A stretch of 64,000 nt of DNA, taken from contig OZ287703.1 of the NCBI GenBank assembly GCA_965649825.1, forward strand, positions 372,001 through 436,000, read 5' to 3'. Shown here in pieces: positions 48,392-59,645 of this stretch. Numbering within the stretch: the first letter of the stretch is position 1; each line of letters begins with the position of its first letter. The notes beneath the pieces are model-generated. The model saw only the letters and a list, made by a program, of their open reading frames with translations, ran no database searches and was not told where the DNA came from. The position numbers and the translations under genes are program-made. Source of the DNA: Penicillus capitatus. Taxonomy: Eukaryota > Plantae > Chlorophyta.

Positions 48392-49447
48392 TCAAGCCTG
48401 ATCCACGAGCATCGAAATCGCAGATTGGACGTCATTGTTTGTGGCCTGAAGGGCCGTTCTGGCTTGAGACTCGTCAAATCCCATCGATACCAACTGACGC
48501 ACGGCATCGTCCGAAACGGCCACGACTCGTGCCTGCAGCGATCGGCATCAAACATAGGACGTTATACAAAGAGAGACACAGACTCTGCCCTGTGCGCCTC
48601 CTGCTGCACCGTTCTGGTTCAAGTGCTGTCTCCGTCTCCGAGCATTCCGGGCAGTATGCATCGTGACGATCGGTCGAGGAGGACTGGCACCCAGTAACCG
48701 TCCAATCGTACATCCCAACAGCCGACAAACGATCTTTGGAAACTGAGATGCATCGCGGCTCTCACTCAAAAAGCGAATCGCACGTCAGCCTTACTCGAAA
48801 CCTGCGAATTCGTAAAATATTGGAACGGTATGTGAATCCGGCCAAGGTTCCGCACAGAGCTGCCGCCATCGACCCACTGCCAGTCGAGAAGACCAATTGC
48901 AGTCCCATCAAGTACGTAAACACCTATCACGGCGCACGATCCCCTCACCGTCTCTCACTCTGTAACGATCTACTTTATCCGACAGTGGGATGCCAAAGAG
49001 TGTAAATTTCCTTGACGGTGGGATGTCGAAGATGAACTGCAGGAAGGAAGCAAAGATGAAACCGTAAGGACCAGATGGGATGTTCTTGAATCCATAGGCT
49101 ATCTGCATCGCCGTCTGCAGTCCATAGGACAACGTCGCAACGACTGTCGTGTAGGCTCCAAACTTGGCACTGCCCGTTTGGCGTTCCAACACGCGAAAGT
49201 AATAGAGCAATCCCGCTCCAAAAAACATCTCTCCGGTATTGCGAAAGACAAAGCTCTGAACGAACGTTCGAACGGCGGGGTGGAGTGTTTCTACGAGGTC
49301 CAGACGCGCCGCTTGCCACAGAATGGAGGAACCCGTCGTCGTGTAGAACAGAGCCTTCGTGACGGGGGCATTGACTAGAGGCAGAAGGACAACGTCGACA
49401 AGGGTGCTCGCTCGTCGAGGAAGGCTCTTACCAAATCCAGCACTCAT
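48392..49447 (-). CDS. Rhomboid-like pseudoprotease with C-terminal UBA domain (UBAC2/RBL20-like)
   Basis: Contains NAPVTKAL, LLYYFRVLERQTGSAKF and SGPYGFIFA. Spliced C-terminus VSDDAVRQLVSMGFDESQARTALQATNNDVQSAISML is a UBA domain. Confidence 0.85.
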
Positions 49448-49526
49448 GATGAAGTGAGTTCGTTGGCCACGAGGAGCGACACTTGGACGAAATGTTTGAT
49501 TGTTCGTCGTGTGAATTGACGGAAGG

Positions 49527-49873
49527 ATGAATTCGGCATCGTCGATCGACGAGAAATGGGATCAGGTGATCGATCTCTTCCTCAGACGAACGGTCTATGG
49601 AGCCGTGGCCGGAGGCATCGCCGGCGCCGTGCTGTGTCGTAAGGACGCGAAAACGAGGCGACGGTATCGAATGCGCGGATGCGTCGTGTCTAGGACGACC
49701 GGGGGCAAAACTGGCGTTCTTGGCATTTGGGGCCGGATTCGGTTCTGGCGCCGCATACCAAGAGAGTAGCAAAGAGGTGCGCCGGGTCGATTGGGGCGCG
49801 TGAGGTTGGGAGTGTGTTCGTGCAGATGGAGACGATTCTTCAACCGAGACGCGCACAAGGGACATTGGACTAG
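49527..49873 (+). CDS. MIC10: MICOS complex subunit Mic10, 3 exons
   Basis: Contains IDEKWDQVIDLFLRRTVYG, two hydrophobic helices and the glycine motif FGAGFGSGAAY. Confidence 0.85.
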
Positions 49874-49994
49874 GCCACAAGAGAGGTGCCATCACTCTGA
49901 ATGTCGCTTCGTTCACATTCCAGTGCAAAGATATTATTCCTTTCGAATCTGTTTTAATCCCTTTTTCCCGAAGACGACACAAATGAATATCTTG

Positions 49995-50699
49995 TTAAGA
50001 GATGGGTGCTCGAGGTAGTGTTCTGCAAGTGATGGCGCCGCTGGCGACCATCATCGGCTGACCGTCGTACGTGGCAACCCCGTTATCGTCTGTTTGCATC
50101 AACGGCTGGAGTTTCTCCCAGATCTTCTGTTTCTTGATACGGTTTTCGGATTCCGGCGGCGCTTCGCTCGGACCGATACGGATCCGCTCGCCGATGACGG
50201 CATCGGGTGGAGGCAGAAGTGGAGCGACTTTGCCGTTCTCTTTGTCCGATGCACAGAGCAGCATCCCGTGGGATTTGATACCACGGAAATTACGTGCTTT
50301 GAGATTGCAGAGGACGACGACAGAGCTCAAACTTAGGTCTTCGGCAGTGAGGTAGGGTACCAGTCCACTGCAAATCGTCCTTGGTTCCTCCTCTCCGACG
50401 TCGATCTGCTCGACAAAGAGGGCATCGGCGTCCGGATGCCGCTCGCATGACAGAATTTTGCCCACACGAATATCTAAAGCGGAAGGTAACGGTGTCTCTT
50501 CTTTGGACGCTACGGTTGCCTCTCCTTGCTCTGGCGTGTCTTGGATCGCGAAGCATCGCCGGCCTGATCTCTGATAGAATGCCGATATAGGGTTCTCGCG
50601 TAAGAGAGACAGCCGTCGACGCGTGCTCGGAAATGGATGGCTGGGCAAGGGGAGTCTTCTGGTGTTGACGAAAAGAACGCGTCGGACCACACTCGCCAT
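49995..50699 (-). CDS. Stand-alone EMAP-II/Arc1p-C-like tRNA-binding OB-fold protein with organellar transit peptide, intronless
   Basis: Contains LDIRVGKILSCERHPDADALFVEQIDVGEEEPRTICSGL, NLKARNFRGIKSHGMLLCAS and PPPDAVIGERI. Confidence 0.88.
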   Translation of the reverse strand: MASVVRRVLFVNTRRLPLPSHPFPSTRRRLSLLRENPISAFYQRSGRRCFAIQDTPEQGEATVASKEETPLPSALDIRVGKILSCERHPDADALFVEQIDVGEEEPRTICSGLVPYLTAEDLSLSSVVVLCNLKARNFRGIKSHGMLLCASDKENGKVAPLLPPPDAVIGERIRIGPSEAPPESENRIKKQKIWEKLQPLMQTDDNGVATYDGQPMMVASGAITCRTLPRAPIS

Positions 50700-50842
50700 C
50701 GGTCTTGTCGGATTCTGTCCTGCTCACGCAGCAATAACGATCGTCTATCTGCATACACGCATCCATGCATCAATACGACGACACAGACGTGCGGTGTATC
50801 GCCTCAACTAAATCGCACAATCTTCAAAAGACGAAGGCACCA

Positions 50843-52190
50843 ATGAGCGTCGTGGGGTTTGCGGTAGGCGATCACCATGCACGCAATGCGACGTGCCGAA
50901 TAAAACACCAGGATGTCGCTACATGTCTCAAAGAATGGTGGGGAGATGTCAGCGCGTCGGAAAAACTCTTGTCAACGCTGCGTACATTCGTGGCGGCGAA
51001 TGAAGATGTCTCTCTCAGCGAGAACTATCGCAACGGGCTGGCGGATGACATCAACTTGCTGACGAACGTTTGTCGGGGTAACGAATGGCATTCCACACAA
51101 ACATGTCTGTGCCCTAGGCTCTCTTTCAGAACGCACTCAATACTTCGACATCTCCCACAGTCGCGTTGCTGCTGATAAAGGTGAGATCCACAGACGGAAG
51201 AAAACGAGGACAAGTTTGGAAAAAGGTGCTCAAGATTCTTTCGCGAAAGGAGGTTAATCGTAAGAACATCGGCACGTTGTCTTATCGCCCACGACACAGC
51301 ATTCATTTCCTCTTCATCGTATTACAGGCCGAGCAGGAATCTCGACGGTACTCGAGCAGATGTCGTCGAGTTGGCGACAACCAGACATCGCATCCGAAGC
51401 GGCGAATCTCGTTCTCAATCTCTGTTACGAAAGGAAGAACGTCCAGACTGTGCTCGAGCTCAACGGCGTGCAGAGCCTGCTTCGTATTCTGAATACCAGA
51501 CATGAAGAATCGCAAGCAAATGCTGCAGGCGCTTTGCAGAGTATCTGTTTTCAAGTACAGACACGTCGGTGAGTTGTGTACGTATGTTTACCTTTTCGGT
51601 TTTGAGGACATCGGCCGGCGAGCAGTGCGCGGTACGTGCTGTACTCGGAGGCTGGTTCAGCTCACACGGTCGAAGAATCCGACGGTGCGGCTGCGAGCCA
51701 CAGGGGCTCTGCACAATATTTCATCCGATCCAAAAGTACGCCGCTGCTGCTAGGAAGCATTCGATGGAAAGTGTTTTGCGGCGTGCAGGCCATTCAAGAG
51801 ATCCGACAGGCAGACGGAATCCCGCGTTTCGTCTCGCTGCTCAACAACGACGAAGACGTGTCGTTGAAGAGCTCTGTCGCCGGAGCGATTCAGAACATGT
51901 CGCGAGAAACGGCCAGTCGACTGCTCATTCGTGATCTGGGCGCAGTGAAGCCTCTGACGTTACTGTTGTCGTCAACAGACACGCAATCGCAAATCTGCGC
52001 CGCAGGCACCTCCTTACCTGTCGACAGAAGCTCCATTTCATCTTAGTGTCATTCAGGTGCCCTGATGAATCTCCTTGCCACGAATATGGTATCTCCAAAG
52101 AGAGATCGCTTCTTCGCTTTCCTTGCAAACAGCATCAGTTTGTCGAGTGTGTTGGAAGCGATCGACAAAGCATTGCCGTCTTCAGTATGA
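50843..52190 (+). CDS. Armadillo-repeat protein
   Basis: Repeated ARM helices EAANLVLNLC, NAAGALQSIC, RATGALHNIS, SVAGAIQNMS and CAA|GALMNL. GC-AG intron at 52006-52056. Confidence 0.8.
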
Positions 52191-53468
52191 GTAAGAATTC
52201 TATCACAGATGATCCGCATTGCCTTTGTCATCTGCGAGAATACTCTAATCGAGTAAGCTATTAAGAAGCTGGGATTTAACACTTCTCATGAACGCGTTTT
52301 CTTTGTGAAGCCCTAACTGATGAGTGTCTGTCTGTATTTCTACGTTTTGTTGCATCTATACTTAATGAAGTCTGGATCATTGTGTTTAGCCAAGTCATAA
52401 AGATATGTCGTACTTGGATTCTTAGTTGTTCATGTACGACATCAGGTTTTCTGGAATAGCTCTGCCGTTGCAATATGTTCAGTTCTTTTTGTTGTCTATT
52501 TCTAAATGGCTACATTTCTAGTAACTTCACTAACAATTAGTCCTCTATTTACAGCGCCGTCGTCTACGGTCGACTTTGCCGCACGATGCGGTCTCGCCGG
52601 AAATACGTTGCGCGTATGTCGAACGTCGCGGAGACGGTGTGGAGCAGGAATGGACAAACCTCCACTGCTGTGTTGCTGCGTCCACTGGATACATCGTTCT
52701 CGAATACGGCCAGACTCAGTGGTCCATCTCTACAACGTCACGTCCGACGGTTTGCGCAAATCTGAAACTTACAAACCCGACCTAGCGGAATCGCACACGG
52801 CTCCGCAAATCCGACTGGAATCGCCGCGAAACATGCACCGCTTTTTTTAACGTCGTGGTGGCGACTTCACAAAGCGATTGAGACCAGAAGAGCAGTTGTT
52901 TTTTCTAACGCAGCAGCACCCTAGCGTCCTTTACGGTGACCGTCGCGTTGCGGCCACGCATTATAGAGTTTACACACACCGAAGTGCGTTGGACGGGTTG
53001 TCCAAGACTTTATCGTATTAGCTCATATCCTGGAACACGTCGCCTCAGCGACAAGGATACTCTCTATCTTCGCCGCCATTCCCGCCTTCGTGTTTAATAA
53101 GACAATAGTAAACTGTCTGGGTAAAACGACGCTGTCAAAAACCTTCGCGGAGTTTTATCTTCCCATCCGATGCGTAGTGAAACGAGTAACGACGTTGTCG
53201 GATGCGCCTTCTGTTCTAGAGACGTGCTCGAAACACGCGTTCAGGAGAATGTTAACTGTGAAAGCCTCTTTTGCGATGGCCTGTGAGGAAAAAGAATGCG
53301 ACAGCGAAGTGCGTTTTTTGTTCCGCGACGGGAGTCTGGGGATGTGTATGCGATGTAATGGCCATGTAGCTGCGTACGGTTCTGTATGAGAAGATGCATG
53401 TCCGCTCCAGGAACATCGGCAGCTGTGTAACAGGCAGAAATCGACTGAGAACTCCGTCGCGGAACAAC

Positions 53469-53476
53469 TATAAAAG
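53469..53476 (+). promoter_or_regulatory. TATA box candidate upstream of the PAN/apple gene
   Basis: TATAAAAG about 100 nt upstream of the ATG at 53570. Confidence 0.4.
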
Positions 53477-53569
53477 CGGGCCGAACGCCTCGGTGTTCAC
53501 TTCTCAGGTTTTCTACTCTTCGCCGTTTGGGAATTTGAAATTACGTTCGAGTCGCTCCGGTGTCTAAAG

Positions 53570-54463
53570 ATGTATTACGTGTTCGCTGTCGTTTTGTCCT
53601 TGTTGTCGACGGCAAGTTACTCTTCCGTCTCGCAAAGGCCGTTTACCTGAATGACTACAGGGAGTTCTGTCGCAAGCGGCCGTCCCTATCGAAAATCAAG
53701 GACGCACTCTTCAAGCGCCATGTTCGTTCGATGTTTTTCTCGACGCAATAACAGTGTGCGATTTATGTAGCTGATCCGCCAGTATTCCGCGGAACCGACT
53801 GGTATGGTAAGATGATAAATCGCAAAAGTCTAGTGTAGAGATCTTATGCTGCTGTGACGCAGGAAACGATATCACGAAGTACCAAGTTACTTCGGCACAG
53901 GCATGTTGGGATAAATGCAAAGAGCATCAGGAACCGAATCAGTCAATGAGTAAACAAACGAATGACGTTAACTTTCAATCTAACTAACTTTCGTTGTTAA
54001 GAATGTGTCGCGTACATCTATCGCCCGGATCACTCTGGCGATTGTTATCCCAAGCACACCGTAGGCCCTCCAAGCCCATGTGACGGGTGTGAAGGCTTTA
54101 ATACCGAGGAAGACGTAAACGAGTGTTCTTCCCTTTCTTTTTGCAGAAGCCTTGTGTTGGCCGTAGCTTTCTCTTCTAAACGATCCTAACGTGTACTACG
54201 GGAAGGATAGGCCCGGCAGCGACATTAAACAAATAACAGATGTCGATCAACCTACCAAATGTCTCCAAAAATGCAAAGATCATAACCAAGATCCAATCCA
54301 AAGTACTATCTCGCTTCCGTCTTAACCACTCACTATTCCATGTGCAGCGGTGGAGTGCAAGGCATGGCTTTGGAGACGCGACTATCACCACTGCTATCTC
54401 AAACACGACCCGCTCAATCCCAAGACGGACGAACCTGCCTGTGTGCTTGGAGAGATGCCCTAA
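53570..54463 (+). CDS. Secreted 196-aa protein with two tandem PAN/apple domains (7 exons, absent from the ORF track)
   Basis: Exons 53570-53611, 53661-53721, 53771-53806, 53863-53949, 54002-54114, 54167-54302 and 54348-54463 (591 nt) splice in frame. Product: signal peptide, then GTDWYGNDI..SAQACWDKC..CVAYIY..CYPK and GKDRPGSDI..KCLQKC..CKAWLW..CYLK. Confidence 0.8.
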
Positions 54464-55348
54464 CATCCAAGAGAAACCGCCGTCCGCAACAATCTTCACG
54501 AACGAAGCATATCTTTCTTTTGTACTCAAAACCGCTCGGTTTGCTCTCGACTAGAAATCTATCTCTTTACGTCACGGTTCAAATGAAACCGATTATTTCC
54601 AAGTCCGCGGAGGTTTTGTCCGTCCGCGTAAACAAGGTCATGTATAAACTGAAACGATCAGAATCATTGTAAGAACATCAAGGCGTGTTTTGTTGCAAAC
54701 CATGCTGTCGTTGTTTACATATCCCGACTGTGAATGAACACTTTCGACGGGCTTACGACCGTTGTCTACACTCAATACCGGTAGAGCTTTTGCGGCTCGA
54801 ACATATGGACCAGGAAAACGTGAACGCTAAATGGCCAAAACGCATCATTGATTTTGAGGACTGTGCTCAGCTGACAACAGGCGAGCTCATGTGTACGGCC
54901 CTTCTCTGAAGAGTTACCACCGACAGGGCGTTGTTCTTCCGGGGGCACCTTTTACTTGCTATCTGCTTCTCTTTTTTACCTCTCGCCTACGCCGATATTC
55001 GGCTTGGCGTGTCTTTGAGCTCATGGAAAGTGTCCATGAACGGACGGCGTCAAAGACTCATAGACACGCACATCAGGACTGCTAGCCTTAAATCGAAACG
55101 CGGAGAAGCAATCGCCGATGGCACTTCAGTTGTTTGGCAATAGCCAACCTGTTACATCGGTACGACCATGTTTCAGTGGTACAAAGAAAAATAAACAGAC
55201 GCAATTTCCCAACGTACTTACCGAACACAAAGAGCACATTTAAGTTTCCTCGTCCGTCGCAAAACTGATCACGGTGACGAGTCACCATAGCTTACTACTT
55301 CAAGCGTTGACTCCTACTAATAAGAAGACACTTTGACGCTTCTACACT

Positions 55349-58176
55349 ATGGAGGACAGCGTCAACTCTGCATCTGTCACTGAATTCGACCGAGAAATCG
55401 TAGAGCCACTTCGCGAAAACTTCGCGAAAGCGAATCTATCAGACGAGACGACGCCATTGACAGAACGCGATCTCAAAAACACGGAAGATATAGCGTACTG
55501 GAAAAAAGAATGTCAACAGGCCAGAGGCGCAGCCGAGGCAGCAAAGAGAGAGGCGGATGCCTTTCTTCAGTGCTACGCCGAAATGGAAGAACTGTTACAA
55601 ACAAAAGAGGAGGAGCACAATCGTTTGAGAGTGCGTCTCCAATCTCTTGAGTACCAAGTCGAAGCCGCCAACCGAGAGACTCACCAATGGCGCACCGATT
55701 TCGAACGCCTCGGAGAAGAAATCGAGGTCGCACGAGCCACTGAAGTGTCGTTTTCGAGAACAAGTATTGGTATTCAAGTGTGGGAGACAGAACTGCAAGC
55801 AAGAACCTCTATCACGGAGCGCTTCAGAGCGCTTCGTCGTTGTCTTAGTGTGAACTCGGGCTTCTGACATCGACGGTCGACGCATGGCAACAGACAGACG
55901 AACCAGAACGGCAATCATCTGAAAAAGTGAACGAGACAAGCAGAAACGCAGAAATCGAAGGGGTCTTGGTGAGCAACCGCTTTTTAGTGGTCCGCTAAAC
56001 GTGCGACAATGTGCTTGTTAAAGGTATCGTGCTTGGATGAGGTGCGCGAGAGCTCAGCTTTTCTGATGGAGATCTGCTCTCAAATGACTGCCGAAGAACC
56101 TTATCCTTCGATAGAGAGCAGCACGTCCGATTCGGCGGTGTCCAAGGCGATCGACTGGGAAAGCGCCGAACATAATAAGCGCATCGAACGGCTGAGAGAA
56201 GAGGAACAAGATTTGACGTCGACTGCCTTCTCATCATGCGAGAGTTTCTTCAGCTTGTTCGTTTGATAGGTGTCAGATTCAAAAGAGGACGCATCAGATT
56301 GACAAGCTCGCCCACAAGTACCGCAGTATCGTTGCGCATTTCGACAACGAGGTCCGCGAAATCGACGTCTGCTGCAATGGCCATGCTGCCGAGCTCGACG
56401 TTCTGACGACGATCGGCGATCGATTCGAAACCTTAGCGCAGTTACAGAAGTCGAGAGCGGAGTGGTTTTCGATGAAAGCGCGAGATCAGAAACGTGTTGC
56501 GATCGAAAGCATCGAAGATGATCGAGCCGATACCCGATGCAAAGTACCTTCATTGAAGACCCAAATTCTCGACAATCCCTGCTCTAGGGACAATGTAACT
56601 CGAGATTCCTTCAAACAAAACAACAGGAATCGAAAGTGGTCGAATTTCTGCGGCCCGGCGAGTGGAGTCATAACAGCGAGTGTCTGCAAGTACAAGTTTC
56701 TGCCGAATTATATCCATTACGTCATCATCGACAGCGAATCAGATTTCTGCCGTTCAGGCGCAGCTAAGACAAGAGCTCCTTGAGAAAGAAGCCGAAATAC
56801 ACGATCTGCGATCACAGATTCGACGAATGAAGACGCATTTCGGTAAACATGCGGTCTTCTCCGTTAGCCGTGCCCGCCCACTCTAAGTACCAGGAGATAA
56901 CCAAAGCGGATCTCTGACCGAGTTTCGTGAACGACGCAGTGTCGATCTTCTGGACGAAGCGGCATCCGATCTGGATTCCATCGAGAAGAAGATAAAAGAT
57001 GGCACCGAACGCATTGTCACTCTGTCTACCGATCTTGTCGAACTTGCACAACACAAAGAAAATACAAAACGCGAGATCATGGAACTGCACGATCATAAAC
57101 AGGACCTTTTGCGTCAGGAACAGGTAAACAAAGAACTCTTCTGTAGATGAACTGATAGGGCAGCTGCAAGATCACTCGTCGATCTCTCGAGGAGATATCC
57201 TTGACGATTAAGGCGCGACAAAAAGAAGACAGATCCCTGGAACATCAGATTGATCGTAAAAAAGGCATAATGGATGAAATGACTCTGGCATGTGCCGAAA
57301 AAACGAAAAGCGATGTGGAGCAAAGACGACTTGACAGTGCCGCCGGACAGCGGCGTCTAGAACAAGTAAAGCCGTCACTTTCATGTCCAGCACAGCATCG
57401 ACCATGTACTTTGTCAAATGCAGACGCTTGATCAGAAAACGAGCCAGCATAAAGAAGAGACCTATGGTGCAAGAGTAAAGCAGACAAAGCTTCAATTGGA
57501 ATGTATCGAGCAGCAGCTGCACTCGCGCCGTCGCGAATTGCAATCCGTCAGTGCAGCTATTGGTGAACAGGTTAGAATGCGGAACATGAAAAGAACGTTT
57601 GTGCGACACTTAATGCAGACAGAGTACTTGGGATCGCTGCGCGTACAGGCGAAGAGATATCGAAAATCGTCCAGAATCTATCTCGAAAGAATTCATTCGC
57701 TGCAACAAGAAATTCGTCATCATGAGACGCAACTGCAGAAACGTACATCGCTGTCAAGTGCTTTGGAGACTCTCAATCGTCAAATCGATGCCGCCAGAGA
57801 GAATCTTCAGAAGACCCTTGCCGAACGTGATCGCCTCGCTCAGGTAATGTCGATCTCGTTCGATGTTTACGACGCCGATGTTCGCTCTGTCATGATGACT
57901 AACCAGGAGGCGAAGGAGTTAGAACGCAACAGAGAGAAAACAGAAGAGTGTGGCCATGCGATGGCGAATCGACAGCCTTCTAACATGAATCATCCGCCGC
58001 GGGAATTGGGATACGAGGCAGGAGACGAACAAGTCGCCGAAGATCTTGCTGTTGCTAGTGATGCCGATATCCGGCAGCGGATTCTTCGGTTAATTGAGGA
58101 TGCGAAATCTGTCTCGGATGACGGTAAAACTCAGCTCAAGGAGAAAGAACAGCTTGACACGAATGGTTTGATTTAG
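55349..58176 (+). CDS. Long multi-exon coiled-coil protein
   Basis: Successive heptad-rich E/Q/K/R/L exons (55349-, 56009-, 56680-, 57201-, 57418-) with intron-sized gaps. Internal exon boundaries only partly resolved. Confidence 0.6.
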
Positions 58177-59570
58177 ATCGAGGTCCGTTGACGGAAGTGT
58201 TGATGAAATGCATCAGTTTTCTTTGCAAACTCTTTCGCGCTTTTATCAGAGTGCGTCGCGACGCGCAGTCACATCACTTATCAATGTAACAAATGTAAAG
58301 TGCTCTTGTGTCAAATCGAGTTACTGCGAATCATTGATGCTAAAATCATCAAAGCGCGCAAAATCAAAACATTAGACGAATCGAAAGGTCAAATACGCCT
58401 CCCGATTGTAAATCGAAATCAAAAGAATCGAAGTAGACGAAAAAAACATCAAGGAATAACATTGGAAACAGGTAGACCATCAATACGACAAGTACGACTA
58501 AAAATTGATTAAGAATCTGACGATCATCTTCTAGTTCTAGTTGCTGCCATCGCGCTTTGACGAAAACCTCGAAGCCAGCCACCGATCAATCAATCAATCG
58601 ACTGTAGAAAACATCGAAGATCGATTTGCGGACTTAAGATCGGCGATCATCCGTCTATCGAAACGACATGATCGGAACCAATTACTTGCGTAGCTGGGAG
58701 GAATAACGAGATCGGACACGCCGCCGGATGTTGATGGAATCGATCTACGATTACTTTAGCGAAACGGGATGATCGACTAGAAGCAGATCGCAACGCGTGC
58801 GATTTCGATTCGAAGATACACGAAGTTTTCGCGTCGATTTGCCAAGAAAATGGGCAACTGATCGAAGTCGACTGTATAATAAATGGCCATATTGAAATAA
58901 TCGACGCGATGCGATAGTTCAGTTACCGATCAATTTATACATATCGCGACAGCAAAGTGCGATAGGATTTGTCACGGTCACGCATATTTGCAAAATCGGA
59001 ACTTTAGTTTTTGCCGATCGACGGATCAGCAAAAAGATCTGTCGAATACACTCATCGATGAATCGTTTTTGTCAAATACCTACCTCCATCTGTACAAAGC
59101 GGACGAATAGCAGAAAAACTCTTCGATCGATCGATCGATCTTGAGAAACATCAATCTTTGATTGGCCGAGTATGCATCCATTATACATCCATCGAAACGA
59201 TCGACCCGATGCGATCCGTCAGTTGTAAGTCGATCAGTGAAATGTCGTTATCGCGAGGTTCGTTGAAATGCTTCTCCTGGACTTAATTTTCGATTGTCTA
59301 TTTATTTACACAAAAGATTTATAGAATACTTTTTTGATCGATCGCCTTTTTCTGACTGCCGATTTCGTTCGAACAGAGTGATTTGATGATACAGAAGAAA
59401 TTCTAAACTGGTGAATCGAAACCCGTTAAACGATTGAACAAATGAAACGACTGGATTTACGCGCCAGAAGGTGAAAGTGAGTCATCACGCCACATCAGCC
59501 GAATCGATATGCCGTTTCCGTCCGTGCAGCGAAAATTCTTAGCGGTATACGTTTCGGAAAGCACGTCTAC

Positions 59571-59645
59571 TGTGAGGATCCACCCGAAGCGTCATGGCGC
59601 AGCTCGGCTATATCGAGAAGTACGACGCGGGGGTGGATCCTTGCG
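59571..59645 (+). other. Long imperfect hairpin in a GC-rich island
   Basis: ggatccaccc (59576-59585) pairs with gggtggatcc (59631-59640). The stem is extended by G-U pairs and by gcgtc/gacgc, with an inner ctcg/cgag hairpin. Confidence 0.6.

Noticed and set aside
51260-51327. A ninth possible GC-AG intron in the ARM gene (donor 51272)
   Set aside because: An in-phase GT donor (gtaaga, 51260) also works, so it was not counted.
54685-55290. Short ORFs and a canonical gtaagt donor between the PAN gene and the coiled-coil gene
   Set aside because: Splicing gives only a 29-codon product; not supportable as a gene.
58560-59460. Possible TAA/TAG=Gln recoding, as in some ulvophytes, hiding a gene here
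   Set aside because: Reading through TAR still leaves TGA stops and no recognisable protein; genes in the window end normally at TAA/TAG.
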